DNA from: Marsupella aquatica
Lineage: Eukaryota > Plantae > Marchantiophyta
Assembly (NCBI GenBank): GCA_973895155.1
Contig: OZ316892.1
Location: 15,058,861-15,122,860, forward strand
Length of the DNA stretch: 64,000 nucleotides
Reading direction: 5' to 3'
In this document: piece after piece, positions 1 to 12,529 of the stretch
Layout of the letters: every line of letters begins with the position of its first letter
How positions within the stretch are numbered: the stretch's first letter is position 1
Translations under genes and position numbers: made by a program
The notes under the pieces: generated by a model
Database searches by the model: none
What the model saw: only the letters and a program-made list of their open reading frames with translations
What the model was told of the DNA's origin: nothing

Positions 1-231
1 CAATCGCAGTCAAGGCCAGGTCCACTACCGTCTTGTTCTGCATTCTTGCAACTCTCTGAGCCAATAGGAATCTAAGAACCCCACCAGAAGTGATTTAAGC
101 AACAGATACTAAGTCATCGTCCTAACATAAAATCATCAGCTTCAACTATCACCAGAACATGCAATACTGCAACAACTCCAACTCGTCTAGCTCAATAGCA
201 GGTGATGGACCATAGACAAGCCTGATCTCCT
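1..231 (-). other. Possible first coding exon of a gene running off the left edge (ATG at 43, MQNKTVVDLALTAI...), preceded by an intron- and uORF-containing 5' UTR reaching to ~1200
   Basis: Pyrimidine tract plus CAG acceptor near 232 on the - strand. ATG at 43 opens a frame to the window edge. CT-rich TSS-like sequence lies near 1110-1120. Protein not recognised. Confidence 0.3.
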
Positions 232-1522
232 GTTGAGACCAGAAAACGAGATCGAAAACGGACGAGAGAAGAGATGACAAAAATTGAGTTACTGCAAATC
301 AATGCCTATTAATACCAACGAACAAAGTAATAATAACAATGAAGAAATTTCTTGACTCTTCATTAGAATACTAATCAAGGAATTGGTTGACTCTTCACAC
401 CAAAAGGTGAAACTAAAACTTAAACTCCTTGCTTGCCAACAAAAGATGCAGAACAGAACATGATTGATTCACTCCTACTGCTGGACGAGAACTGAAGAAT
501 ACCTCGGTTCCTTCTTTCTTTACATAGAAACGTAAATTCATAGACTGAGAGACGTGTAGAGTATAGACACCCCAGAACACAGAAAAAATGAACAACAACA
601 TAGGCCAACCATCAAGTGGATTCGATTTCCATCATCCCAACACGATCCAGCTTGTATATAATCTTTACCCACGATACCTCAACCCGCACTCAGGAGAAGT
701 GACAATTCCTTGTTTCAACAACGATGTCAAAGCAAACAAAAAGGCATTCATCCTATCAACCACGGAGGACCGACCTCAACAGTGAGCGAAGAAGGGCAAG
801 AAAACCCATCCCAGCGACCAGCCGCAACACAAGATGTCCCACAGATTTTCCGAGCATCGAGACGGGAAAAAGCATGAGGAATGATAGAACAAGGGCCAAA
901 CCTGGATCTCTGCCACTCCGAATCGCAGCCAATCGACGGCATAGCGCCGTATTCTTAAAAAATCAAAGAATTGCCAGAACAGTAGTGACGCAGGTACAAA
1001 CTCTTTCGCGGGAAGTAGTACTGTGCCTACCACTGTCGTCAGTCATGAGATCGCCGCAGCATATACACTTCGTCATACATACTTCTTGCCTCAAATCTTG
1101 CCGGAGAAGTGAGAGAGAAGAGCCCCTGAAGGGGCCAAGGCAGAGAACACAAAAATCGACAGCCAGCAGCAGCAAGTCTGGTTCTGGGCGAGCATCTTAT
1201 GATCAACACAGTTGAGGAGCTCGTCAGTACTCAACCGGACTCGGATTCCTGCATCTTTCTCAACAGCTTCATTGATTAAAGAAGTACGCCACTCGACGGT
1301 CTCGGACGATGAGCGGGGCCGGGCAGGTCTTCCGCTGGAGAGCGCCATGCCACGGCGCCCTCAAGAAAATGTGTGATTTGACAGCCATCGCTGTCGACCC
1401 GTATAGGTAAGTTTGCTAGGACAGGTCTCATGTTCAATTGATTCCCCGTCCTCGCACACAGGGCGCGGAGAACATTCCCACCACTCTACATTAGCCTCAA
1501 TGCCCGAGCTCTGCTGCTCGTT

Positions 1523-1773
1523 AATAGATGGTGACTACTAACAATGTTTGTTTCCAATTCCACCCTTGAGCATAAGTGTGCCCCTAATATATGGTGACTA
1601 CTAACAATGTTTGTTTCCAATTCCGCCCTTGAGCATAAGTGTGCCCCTCATAGATGGTGACTACTAATTATGTTTGTTTCCAATTCCACCCCTGAGCATA
1701 AGTGTGCCCCTAATAGATGGTGACTACTAATAATGTTTGTTTCCAAGTCCACCCTTGAGCATAAGTGTGCCCT
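1523..1773. repeat. 63-bp tandem repeat, 4 copies
   Basis: Unit aatagatggtgactactaacaatgtttgtttccaattccacccttgagcataagtgtgcccct starts at 1523, 1586, 1649 and 1712, with a few substitutions. Confidence 0.95.
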
Positions 1774-2479
1774 CCTATATTCTGTAGTAGTAATCATTTC
1801 TAGTACACTCTCCTATTCTCCTATTCTCATAATCTGGTGCCTGCAAATATATAGCAGTAGTCAAATTCCAGACAGGATTTTGGGTACGATAACCAAGATC
1901 AGGGCAGGGTCTTAGAATGCAAGCCTGCTGCCTGAATGTTGAAAAAAAGCTTACCGCCTGCTGCGAGTCAGTTTATTCTCACATTCCGGACGTACTCTTA
2001 GAGACTGGTAACCCCTGCCCAGACATTGGTTATCCTATACATAGTCACTGTCTAGAGTTGCCCTTACCATAGATTTAGGTAGTGCTTTATTAGATAGTTA
2101 GATTGTCACTCTCTGGCTATCTTTTTCCACTACTTAATGCAAACTAACTATAGTTAGCTTGGCACACTTCTACAATCAACATCTGGCCAGGTTTCAATGT
2201 TGGGTGGTAGTTCATGACCTCTACCCTAACCGCAGCACCCTTTCCAACCCTCAACATTGGGTGGGGTCTCTTACTTTGCTCCCACTCTGGCCCCTCCCGG
2301 TTGGCTGACCCACTCCCGGTCCCCACTAGTCGAGGGTGAGAGAAGGTGGTCAGGTTAAGTTGAGGACAGAGACAACTGTATTACAATGAAAGCTTGCAAG
2401 ATGTTGACTATTGGATCATTCTAAAGTAACCAGAGTTACTTTGCTTAACCAGCTGTGAAAATCGGTGGCAATGTAGTGA

Positions 2480-4640
2480 TTAACAGACAAACAGTAGCAC
2501 AGTATGTAATTTGACAAAACAGAGTGGCAATGCAGTAAATCTCAGTTCCCACCACTCACCCATTGTGAGGAATATCCGGCTAGCAGCAACTTTAGTGAGG
2601 TGCTTGCTAAGGTGATTTTTCAATCCCTGCTGGTCTCCAGGGTCACCAGAGGGCATCTCCAGTGCACCAGAACTGGCAAGTCAGGTTTGAAGCCCGCCTT
2701 GCCAAATTGTGTGTGGACGGCACCAATCATCCAATCTCATTTTGCAGGCATTCCTCGTCAATATTCACTTGTCTCTTGTCAATGTTTACTTGTCGATTGG
2801 TGGGGATCAGATTTGGATACGATCTGCCAAACGTACATGACCCCCAATGCCAGCAACCTCACAGTTGATATCAGCTCATGAATAGCGCGGACCATGGGTA
2901 TTGGGGTGGGCATGCTTTAAGGACTAGGAGCACCCCACCGATGCAACTAAATTGCACACTGTATCTTGCCAATATAGCTGATCAATAGTTGGGCATGCTT
3001 AGTTGGTCTCCCTGAACCTTTTTCCCTGGGCCCCATCAGTGTGTTTCTTCAAAACTACCACTTGTCTTGGAACCAGAAGGAGACTACACAGGACAGCTTT
3101 CTACTTGTGGTTACATCATTCTGTTGTCCCAAACCTCTCCCAAACCTAAATCTACAGTAGTCCTTTAGTGGTGACTAGAGCCTGTGTGACTCTCACTAGA
3201 AGTAACAATCTAGTCTATAATGCAGCCATTTGTGAGGATACACTATGGAATAAGGTAGGTGTGTACTGGAGAATCTCTAGGATATTACTATGGCTATAAC
3301 GGGTTACAGGCTGTAATACTCCAAAGAGGCAATGGATTATCAGGCTCAGACCCTGAGTGCATCCTGAGTGCATGTTTCCCCTGTTTTCATTACAATTTTG
3401 CACACGAGTCTCATGACCCCAATCCTAGGTTGGCCAGGGGGTCCCCGGAGTCTCATGATCCTTGAGCCAAGCTGACTCTTGAACTGAACACGAAAGAAAA
3501 TGTTACAACTCACTTGCAGTTGAAATAATTCCCTTTAGAAACAAATACAAAGGAAAAATATAGATGAGGGGTTTAACACCATGTTGAATATGTGGGCTGG
3601 GACAAAAGCCCTTGGTTTAGCACCTCCTTCTCCAAGGTTGTGGCACCACGTGACAAGCATGCATGTTCTGTGGGTCAAGCATTTGCCCTGCCGGTAATCA
3701 CACATCAAAATGTGATAATACATGGGGTGCACTCATTGATTTAAAGAAAATAACAAGATTAATCATGATATGAAATGATGTTGTACACAATATATGTCAT
3801 ATTGTGATGTGCAGTTAACTGGACCCAAGCCTTTGGCTCAACCCCTGCTTCCCCAGGGTTTTGTGACCCCATCACCCATGCAACGAACGTGGATGCTTGG
3901 CTCATCCCACTCAGGACATGTGAGCCATCTTATCTACATTTCATGCTGGGATGTGAGTGTAGCCTTGTGTTTCCTTCATTTGCTTCCCAGGCAAAAAAAG
4001 AGATTTGGTCCTCTATTACAAAGTGAGATAGACCCCAACACTTTTCTTTTTCCTTAATAGTACCAAGGTGGAGCCTAGCTCCATGAATCATATGCTTAAG
4101 ACCACCGTAAATGTCAAAATACAAGAATGAAACTCGGAGACTCCAAATCCAGGTTACCCTCGTCAAAGTATATGATTGCAAGATTTCACAGAAGCTTAGA
4201 AATGTTATTTTGGCAAAAGATCTGGGACTAGGATCCCGTCCAAACCTATAACTCCAACTTCTCTGACAAATCGTTTCTAAAACCCCGTATCGTGGTTCAG
4301 ATCTCCAAACACATAGTAGATATTTCGTTTGGGCTTTCAATTAAGTTTTGTAGCAACAAATGGCACAAACCATCCACCAATTGCCCAATCTCCAATTCGG
4401 CAGTGGATTAAGAAACATTTTAGGAAACCTCAACACAATGAGTGGCACAAGCTGCCATCTCCAACATCAATTGCCCGATCTCCATACGGAAGCTGGTTGA
4501 AAGGCCGATGGGGCTTCACCCTTGGTCCTCCCCTCCCAGAATTGCTTTGGACAGGGCTTTGGACAGGCACGGCCAAGTGAAGTTCACTACCAACTGGCTT
4601 GTAGGTCTGCCTAAACGATTAAAGGTGTTTCCAATGGAAA
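2480..4640 (-). mobile_element. Heavily decayed non-LTR retrotransposon with R2/NeSL-type RT and restriction-like endonuclease remnants
   Basis: Frameshifted remnants in the correct order: (W)RKHKATL-IP ~3950; KG..PVNC/HN..IVYNII ~3790-3835; GAK(Q)G..LS..HIFNMVLNP ~3570-3625; LEIL..TYLIP ~3250-3280; NLIPT..(C)KH(C)QETSE ~2760-2815; AGFKPDL ~2677-2700. Boundaries are approximate. Confidence 0.55.
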
Positions 4641-5546
4641 AACTTCCGGATACTCCCTAAACCCTAAACCCCGCGTCTCCCCTTCGCGGCGGCCCCCCCC
4701 CTTGCTATTCCTTCATTTTCATCGCTTTGTAAGTTGACTGATTCCATCATTACAAGTGCAACAAGCATCACTCCCTTCTTTGACTCATCTTCATCTGGCC
4801 TCTATTTGATCATGTACCTCTAAGCCTCCAATCGTTGCCATCAATCACCACTTACACCACAGACATGGATCACATTGTGTAATAAGTAGTTGTGCGTATT
4901 TTCATTTCTCGGGGACCAGGACTTCAAACAGAAGGCTCAAATGGACATATTCCACCACAAGTGACTCGCAACTCACACACATGACGAATCCAGGATGTTT
5001 CAAAACGCACCATCGCTTCACAACTAGATTGGCTGCGGCTATTTGAACACAGAAGTTCCAACTCGGGAACATTTACAGATGAACATCTAACAAAGATCTC
5101 AAATATTTCTGTTTTCTTGCCGGACCTAGTTCTGCTCCAATCCCTTTCTCCAACACAGAAGCTCCGGTATTAAAGCTTCATTTATTCAAATGTATAACCA
5201 AGAGGCAGAAGCTTGAAAGTAGCAAGTGAGTAAATTGATCAACAATGGAATCTAATGTCCAGGAAGAACCCAGGGGGGTTGATGGGACTGCCCACAACCA
5301 GATACTGTGCGTGGGACAGCAGTACAACTCCTCATATAAAAATAAAAATCTCGCACTAAGCCAGCAGCAAAATTGGACCTTGGTGTTTGCTAAAAAATAA
5401 TGGTCAAGATCTAAATTCAATCTTAGCTTCACAATCCGTGCAGTTCAAATAATGCAAGTAGAAGAACCCTACAGGATTTGATTTGTCACATCAAAGACGC
5501 ATCCCAAAATAAAGTTCACCGGGTGTTTCCACCAGTGAATCGTCTA

Positions 5547-7375
5547 CTATGGTGCTCTATCGAATGGTTTCGTATCCTCATAGCAGGTCTTCCAAACAGT
5601 GTCCACTGCTTTCTTTGCATCTGTTTCGGAACAGTGTGGGTTCATGGACACTGAAAGTTGGGCTCTGCGCCTTACACATACCTGGCTCAAGAACATCAAT
5701 GCAGACGTTACTTTTCTAACAATGCCTAGAAAATTATCACTCTAAACAACATTTTCACATAGAACGAGCTTATCAGGCGATACTTTAGATCCTAGGATAG
5801 GACGGCAACTCCAAGATCGATATGGGGCAAAAGACCCAAAAGTTCATTCGGCAGGATCGGCAAATTCTTTTCAAAATTGTTGTGTTTTGGGACTTGGTGT
5901 ACAAAAGGAGCTGCTGACAAACAGAATTAGGGCTTATAACGCTGGTAAAGTTCTCACCTGTTGCTGCTGGCGAAAGTTTGTGTGTCCTCTCAGCAGCTCA
6001 AGCGTCCATTTACAGTCACCACTGAGATTTGCAGCACGAATCTGTTATGGCAGAAATGAGGTAAAAAGGGTGGGTGAAGTTGAGTAATACGGATTGTTGC
6101 CACGGTACTGCGACAAGAACATTCACTGCAATCGAATGATCAAATTGGCAACCACTTGAGTTCACAAAAGCATCATGAGACATCTCTCAAGCTAGAGATA
6201 CAGAAGAAGACGCACAACCACATACCTCACTGCAAGCGTGGTGCTGGCAATTGCTCCAGTCCAGATTTGCAGCTCGACAGTGATCATAGGCGTGAACGAG
6301 TTCATGGGTGAGTATCTGATCTACTTCACCCTGTGTGACTGTCTGGAGGTGGTTACTGCATATGGAGATCTGCTCCAGAGCGAACAATGTGAGAGAGGAT
6401 CCAAGTGCAAAATGTATGCAGCTAGTAAAGCAAAAGAATTGAAGGGAAGTACAACGAATAAACTATTTAGTAATATACCTCTGATGTGGGTCAAAGACAT
6501 TCATTGGCAAGACACCGACTGTCGGTACGAAACCCTAGACTCTAAACCCTCAAACAAACGACACTATTCCTACTTACTGGAGACTTAACACCATGCCTCC
6601 CAAATTAGGTTATACTGCAAATTCCGATAATGAAAATATCAAAACCCTCAGACGTGAGCAGTCAGTCAAAGCAGTAGACAACCAAAAGTTCTAGATCCCT
6701 CCTCAGTTCTAAATGTGGTGCATATTAAAAGGAACAATCCCCGAACCATCATTCTAAAGGGCATTCAGGACGAATAAACATTCAGGAGGGCATCTTTGCT
6801 TTCTATAAGGCCAACAGATTCATAGAAGAAGAGCATGGTGCATTTTCTCTCAGGAAAATTCATTCACCTACAAAGAAAAGCATATTCACACTCCAAAACT
6901 GGAGAACAAAAATATTCAGACCTTCTATCCGGATCATCATCATCATCATCATCATCAGCCTTGCTCAGTATCTTTCATCTTAAAGGCTGTAGAACACACC
7001 CCAATCTGCGGAACAAATCCACCACCAGCCTCTACGGAACAATTTTCCGACTTGAAAAACGTCTCTGTGATCGGGCAACCAGCCTTCTGCAGCGCCTGTA
7101 TCATAAACTTCACGGTTGGACCTGTACCCACAAAACCCAAAGTTTCTCAATTAGTACAAAAGCACATTTTAAAACGCCACAGATTGTATGGATCCTTGAG
7201 AGAAGCAGATGATTTATGGAGACGAATTGACAATTCAACAGGAAAGGAAAAGGGTAGGCCAATATGATTTCCAAAGAATTGGGAGGGGTTCGGTACTTTT
7301 TAGCAGAGACTTCTCAATCATGCGTTGGCAGACGACTAGATTCTTCTCCGCATTGGCATCTGGAACTTCCTCCAT
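5547..7375 (-). CDS. ATP23: Mitochondrial inner membrane protease ATP23 (peptidase M76), 5 exons, 187 aa
   Basis: Exons 7375-7297, 7121-7000, 6369-6226, 6041-5958, 5681-5547, all GT-AG and in phase. Motifs HELVHAYD (HExxH), HHACSEIRAANLSGDC, CVRRRAQLSV and CYEDTKPFD. Confidence 0.95.
6934..6957. repeat. (TCA)n microsatellite in ATP23 intron 2
   Basis: About 8 TCA units read directly. Confidence 0.9.
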
Positions 7376-7708
7376 TGCGAGAAATCGACCGTCCCCTTCC
7401 TCCTCGTCTCGTCAGGTCTGCGTGCTCGTGGATTGAGAAAGAAGATGTCAACCTAATTGCTGTCGAAGCATCATTCCAGCGTGACGCAGCAACAAGGTGC
7501 TCTCGGCTTCATTAGACAAACTCAGAGATCACGTTTAATTTTCCTGAATTGCAGATTAGTGTGGATCAAACTGTTGCAAGTGGAGGATCCAACAAGCCAC
7601 GTATCCGCAAAAGGGTTGGTCTTGTTCACCAAATTGAAGTGGAGAACATGACAACCGAGTCGGAACGATACATGGAACTACTCTGATGACTGTGGATGTT
7701 GTAGTTCC

Positions 7709-9139
7709 CTAAATTGTGGGAGAAAATGGCAAATCATAGCACCGCAATGCAAGCTGCATGCACTGCATCCATTGCAGAACTTCAGCATTCGGATCCTTTT
7801 CCTCAACTGCAAACGGCCAAAAACCCTTAACTAGTTAGACTGGCGGGTAACAACAGGCAGCCCACGGGAAAGTCATCACAAATCATACAATTAAAAAGGC
7901 GTCAAAACTACAAAGCTGTCCATCTTTTTGAATATTTTTGTGAATCGAAGGAAGACACGTTGGGATCCACCAACCTACGGAAGTAATCGTGACTTCAAGC
8001 TGACTACGAAAGCATGAAACCTTTCCCTGAACTCGCAATAGACAGCCGAGTTGCACCTGTTTATTGCAAGAATACCTATATTAAGTCTTTGAATAAACCC
8101 AGAGACTGCAGCAAGAATACCTATATTAACAATCGGGCTGAAGACGATAACAGCACACAATTTGAGCTTTGCTAGAAAATGAAGCTTGATGTGTTGATTG
8201 GTAGCTTATCCAGATCGCTGAAATATCGGAGAACTGCTGCAACCCAGTCAAAACTACCTGACGAAGCGGGAATCACCTGATTGGCTTGCGCAACCGCAGT
8301 TCCTGCATGCAAGCCTCGCTCTGCTTCTTTTAAATGAGACAAATATGCAGAATTATGGTGGTTTGTCCACAAAACGCAAGGGACACATCCGGTACCATCA
8401 TCCACTACAAAATCAGTCTGACACACAGCTTCAGAATCGGAGTAATAAGGTACTAAGACTCACAAATCCAAACTTACAGAGAAATTCAAACAAATTGCTA
8501 CATTACTCACTCTTCCAAAAAGAAATCGCACGGGAAGCAACACTTAATCGCACAGGATATCACATACAAATCACTCCATACTCGAAGGATCACTCGTACG
8601 GAGAGTGTCATAACTCTGAGATACATCTACATTTAATTTTTTTCAATGGAGGGTTGATGGGAAACCAGCAGCGTAGGCACGCAGTGCCTAGTGTTGAGCA
8701 CAACCAATTAAATTATACCCCCATAAGACAACGGAAGAAGGGATTTAACATACAGTGGAAGAGCAGATGAGATTCTTTCCGAGCCACAGTCACCACCACT
8801 CCCACGACTTCCACCTTTCTCACTGGTCGGCCCTTTCTCAGAAAATTGCCTGAAAGACCAAAAATTCTCTTCAGCGATACACTTCAAATGCCTCTCCTCA
8901 TTGGCCAATTTTTTTAATTGTCGTTGAGTGATAAAGATCCCGAATCTACCCCAATGTGGAATGGTGGTCAATTATTGGTGAAAAAAACCTAAACCCTAAA
9001 CCTGAGAGCGAGCTTCGAAAGCGAACAAACCTGGAGAGCGAGGATGTTGCTGGATGGATTGCAGGTCGAAGGCTATGAGGCGGACTAGAGTGCGGGAGAG
9101 GGGGTCCAACGCAGTTGTGGAAGGTGCACCGGGGCCCAT
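7709..9139 (-). CDS. STN1: CST complex subunit STN1 (telomere OB-fold protein), 5 exons, 170 aa
   Basis: Exons 9139-9031, 8849-8754, 8404-8277, 8056-7975, 7806-7709 splice in frame. Motifs RKVEVVGVVV, LDDGTGCVPCVLW, LRVQGKV and EKDPNAEVLQWMQC match plant STN1. Confidence 0.92.
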
Positions 9140-9289
9140 TTTATCGCCATGACCAGACTGCAAACACGGCCATGTATTCCTGAACAGCTTCTACCAAGTT
9201 AGAAACAAGAAAGCAAATACCAAACCAATATATCCTGTTTTGCCTTGAAACCAAAAGTCTACCCATCAGAGAATGGACGATCCAACTCT

Positions 9290-9490
9290 AGAGCATGCAC
9301 CTCTCAAAGGTAGCTCACAAGCTGGGGTCGTACCGCGAGGGAGAGAGGGTTGGACCAGGGCTGAGGAGAAACCAGCACTCCCATCACTACACCCACACAC
9401 CTTTCACAACCCTTGCATGTGGAGGGGGGATTGAATCTGGGACCTCTAGGTTCTAGGTTCATCCCCTGGGCAACTACATTAGTTGGTTTT
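9290..9490 (-). mobile_element. Possible degenerate tRNA-derived SINE
   Basis: Minus strand reads GAGGTCCCAGATTCAATCCCC, a tRNA T-arm/B-box-like motif at ~9425-9447. The A-box is weak and no TSD was found. Confidence 0.3.
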
Positions 9491-10343
9491 CCCTCTTGAC
9501 TAAACTAGTTGGATCTTTCAGTGGTTTGTGTGGCCTTTGAGCTTTTCCAGGTAGGGCTTGTGACTCTTTGTTTTTATTGGGTTTTACTTTTAGTACAAAC
9601 CACCATTGGACATATACATAGGGGGGAAATGTCCAAGAACTTTTCCACATTACATTCACTTTTCCACTCACTTTTCTCCTCTACCATGCCAGCTTGCTCC
9701 ACTATTTGAGGCAGAAGTCTTTATTATAAGAGTTAATAGGTAATGTGTAGCTTTTGAAGGGCAGGTTGGCAGAAATAAAGAGCTCCTGTCAAGAAAAGAA
9801 AAGAAAAGAACATGTGTAACAAATAATATGTTCCTGTTAGGGATGGTAATTGCCCGATGACGAGGAGCTTTATTAGCCCCAAGCAAGGGCCTACTATAAG
9901 GTACATCTCGTATTTGGTTTTGCATAGCTGACAATAATCTGAGCTGAGCTATAAGTTTGGATAGGATTCCATTTCAAATTGATTACAACGATAGGATACA
10001 GATGTATAGAATATGTGCTTATGTATTTGTGAAAGATGAATTTAATGTGAAAAAAACTTTCATTCTCTTTGGAATCACACCCTATTTCATAGATTTGGAT
10101 GGAGATCTCATAAGCGCATATACCTCACAAAAATAGGGGTCAGTATGAATTTTTAGAGAGTCTACTGATCCTAACTCTATATTAATAATTGTGAATGATT
10201 AAATTACTGCTACCAGTGTTATTTGCAGAAAATCCAATTGGCAGCCTGAACCCAATAGTACAAGTAGACCACTCAATCATGTCCAACTAGCCCAATACCC
10301 GTGTGTTGCACAAAAAATGTCGTGACGGCCAAGATGTTGTGTC

Positions 10344-10687
10344 TGTTGAGCATTGACGACATTCGCAACGGCAAGCCCATGAACCATCCAATGCACAATA
10401 GTCGACACAGAGAGATACATGGTTCACCTCCACATGAGGCTATGTCCACGGGAACACACAAGAGCTTTACTGCACTCTAGGCTGACCGGCCATACCAAGC
10501 ATCCACAGCACAAGCTTTCCTTATCTCTCAACTAGCTCCGTAACAATGAGCCTAAGTTCCACCAGGGTCTGGCATCAGCCCTGGCTATATGCACAACAGC
10601 ACTACCGCTAACATTAGCTAAGTCCTAACCCGAGTTAGACTAACTGTGGTTAGCTCATGAGTCACAAGACTATAGCAATATCTAACA
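10344..10687 (-). mobile_element. Solo LTR (344 bp) of the Copia family at 35495-42533
   Basis: TGTTGAG...CTAACA ends, 5-bp TSD GTGTC on both sides, aligns over its full length to 35753-36096. Confidence 0.95.
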
Positions 10688-11370
10688 GTGTCGGCCAAGA
10701 GGCTGTTGAGAAGAAAGATGATGTGTCGGCCAAGAGGTCATTGAGAAGAAAGATGTCGTGTTGCCCAAGATGTCATTGAAAACAAAAGATGTCATCTCGG
10801 CCAAGATGTCAGTGAGAACAAAAGATATCGTGTCGGCCAAGAAGTCGGTGAGAACAAAAGATGTCGTGTCGGCCAAGAGGTTGTTGAGAAGAAAGATGTC
10901 ATCTCGGCCAAGAGGTTGTGGAAGAAATAGAGGTCGTGTTGCCAATGATGTCGTAATGCGTTATGCCAAAGGTTTCGTTAAATATAACAATGTTGTTTAA
11001 GTACAAAATAGTTCAATACCCGTGCGTTGCACAAAAGATGTCGTGTCGCCCAAGATGTTGTTATGTGAAAGATGTCGTGAAGTAAAAAGATGTCGCTAAG
11101 AACAATGAAGTTGTTTTGCCAAAGGTGTCGTTATGTGAAAGATGTTGTCAAATAAAAGATGTTGCTAAGAAAAAAGAAGTCATTTTGCCAAACATGTCGT
11201 CAAGTAAAAAGTTGTCATCAAGTAAAAAATTGTTGTTAACAAAAAAGAAGTCATTTTGCCAAAGATGTTGTTATGTGAAAGATGTCATGAATAAAAGATG
11301 TTGTTAAGTAGAAAGATGATGTGGTGCCAACTGGTTCGTTATGTGAAAGATATTGTGAAGTAAAAAGATG
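10688..11370. repeat. ~36-bp degenerate tandem array (gatgtcgtgtcggccaagaggttgttgagaagaaa-type) inside the Helitron
   Basis: Unit seen repeatedly. The reverse complement occurs at 16100-16300 and more degenerately at 51050-51420. Confidence 0.85.
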
Positions 11371-12529
11371 TTGTCGGGTAAAGTGTGCCCCTTGTCCGAC
11401 ACCTTGCCATTAACGCCAGTGCCATGATCTTTACTATGTCTTTAGACCTTACAATTTTCTATTTTTTGGCAGTGAAAATGGCAAAAAAATGAATATAAAA
11501 AATCATCCTAAACATTGGGAGAATAATTTTTTATTTGATTAGTGTTATGTCCCTTATTGACTGAAATAGTATCTAAAATTTAACTCCTGCCAATATTACA
11601 CTAAACTATCACCGAGTCCAGGCAAGGGCAAGACCAAGTCCAGGCAAGGGCAAGGGCAAGGATCAGGTCATCGAGGCAGGGTTTTAGGGTTGAGTGGGGG
11701 AGTGCAAGGAGGGAGAGTCGGGGAAAAGGGGAGAGCTGGGTTAGTGAGGCAAGAGGGCAAGAGGGCAAGAGGCAGGTGAGAGCGGGATGGGGAGGCGGGA
11801 GGGGCACGAGGGAGTCGGGAGGAGGGGCTGCGAGGTGGGGAGGAAAAAGGGGGGCCTGGGAGGCAGAGGGGGGAGCCAGCCAGCCATGCTTCATGGCCAG
11901 CCCTGCCCCAAGCCAGCCAGCCAGCCAGCATCGGCGGCCGCGAGCTGGGCAAGGCTGGCCGCCAGGGGGGATCACGAGTTGCAGCGGCACTGCAATCCAA
12001 GTGATGGCTTGAGTTTCCACTTGAGTTTTTGTTTTGTCTTATTGGTTCAATTTTTTCCGGTTTTGATTCTTTTCACCCAAAACAGCCCGGCAATTTTGAA
12101 AGACGACCATGGTATAAATTGGTGTCATAGTGTATTATAGTTTTTGATAATTATCACAAAAACTATGGAAGATAAATAGTACATTTTTGACTTGCATTGA
12201 AAACAACATCTTGTTCTCACTTATGCATTGATGTAAAGTAGAGGGATCTCCATTGATCCTTGTGCTTGCATGGGCTTATTTACTAATCATTTCCCTTTTT
12301 TGTTATCTCATTTCAGTGTTTCCTTGTTGAAGAGTGTTCGTTCCCCTTTCATTCACACTAAACTTTATTATCTTTTATTTATTCCTTCTTCTTTTGCTGG
12401 AATCTTTTTTTGGACACTCTATATTTGAATGACAACCACGGTATAAAAGGGCATAGCCTTGTATTATAGTTTAGGATTTAATCCACAGTGCTACATGTCA
12501 ACTAATGTTTTTCCATAAATTTTCTTTAG

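Larger units (their letters stand above)
10287..12476 (-). mobile_element. Non-autonomous Helitron (composite) containing a ~36-bp minisatellite and a G-rich tract
   Basis: 3' end on - strand is GTGCAACACACGGGTATT...CTAG|T (10287-10312); a second 3'-end motif lies at ~11010-11032. 5' end is A|TCCTAAACTATAATA at 12476; a second 5'-end motif lies at ~12145. The A|T target fits a Helitron. Confidence 0.7.

Noticed and set aside
724-1348. 163-aa (+) and 85-aa (-) ORFs
   Set aside because: No recognisable domain; more likely 5' UTR or promoter sequence.
1523-1773. CRISPR-like array
   Set aside because: Plain head-to-tail 63-bp repeat without spacers.
11601-12140. Overlapping Pro/Gly-rich ORFs
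   Set aside because: Artefacts of a G-rich low-complexity tract in the Helitron. The same applies to 24843-25521.
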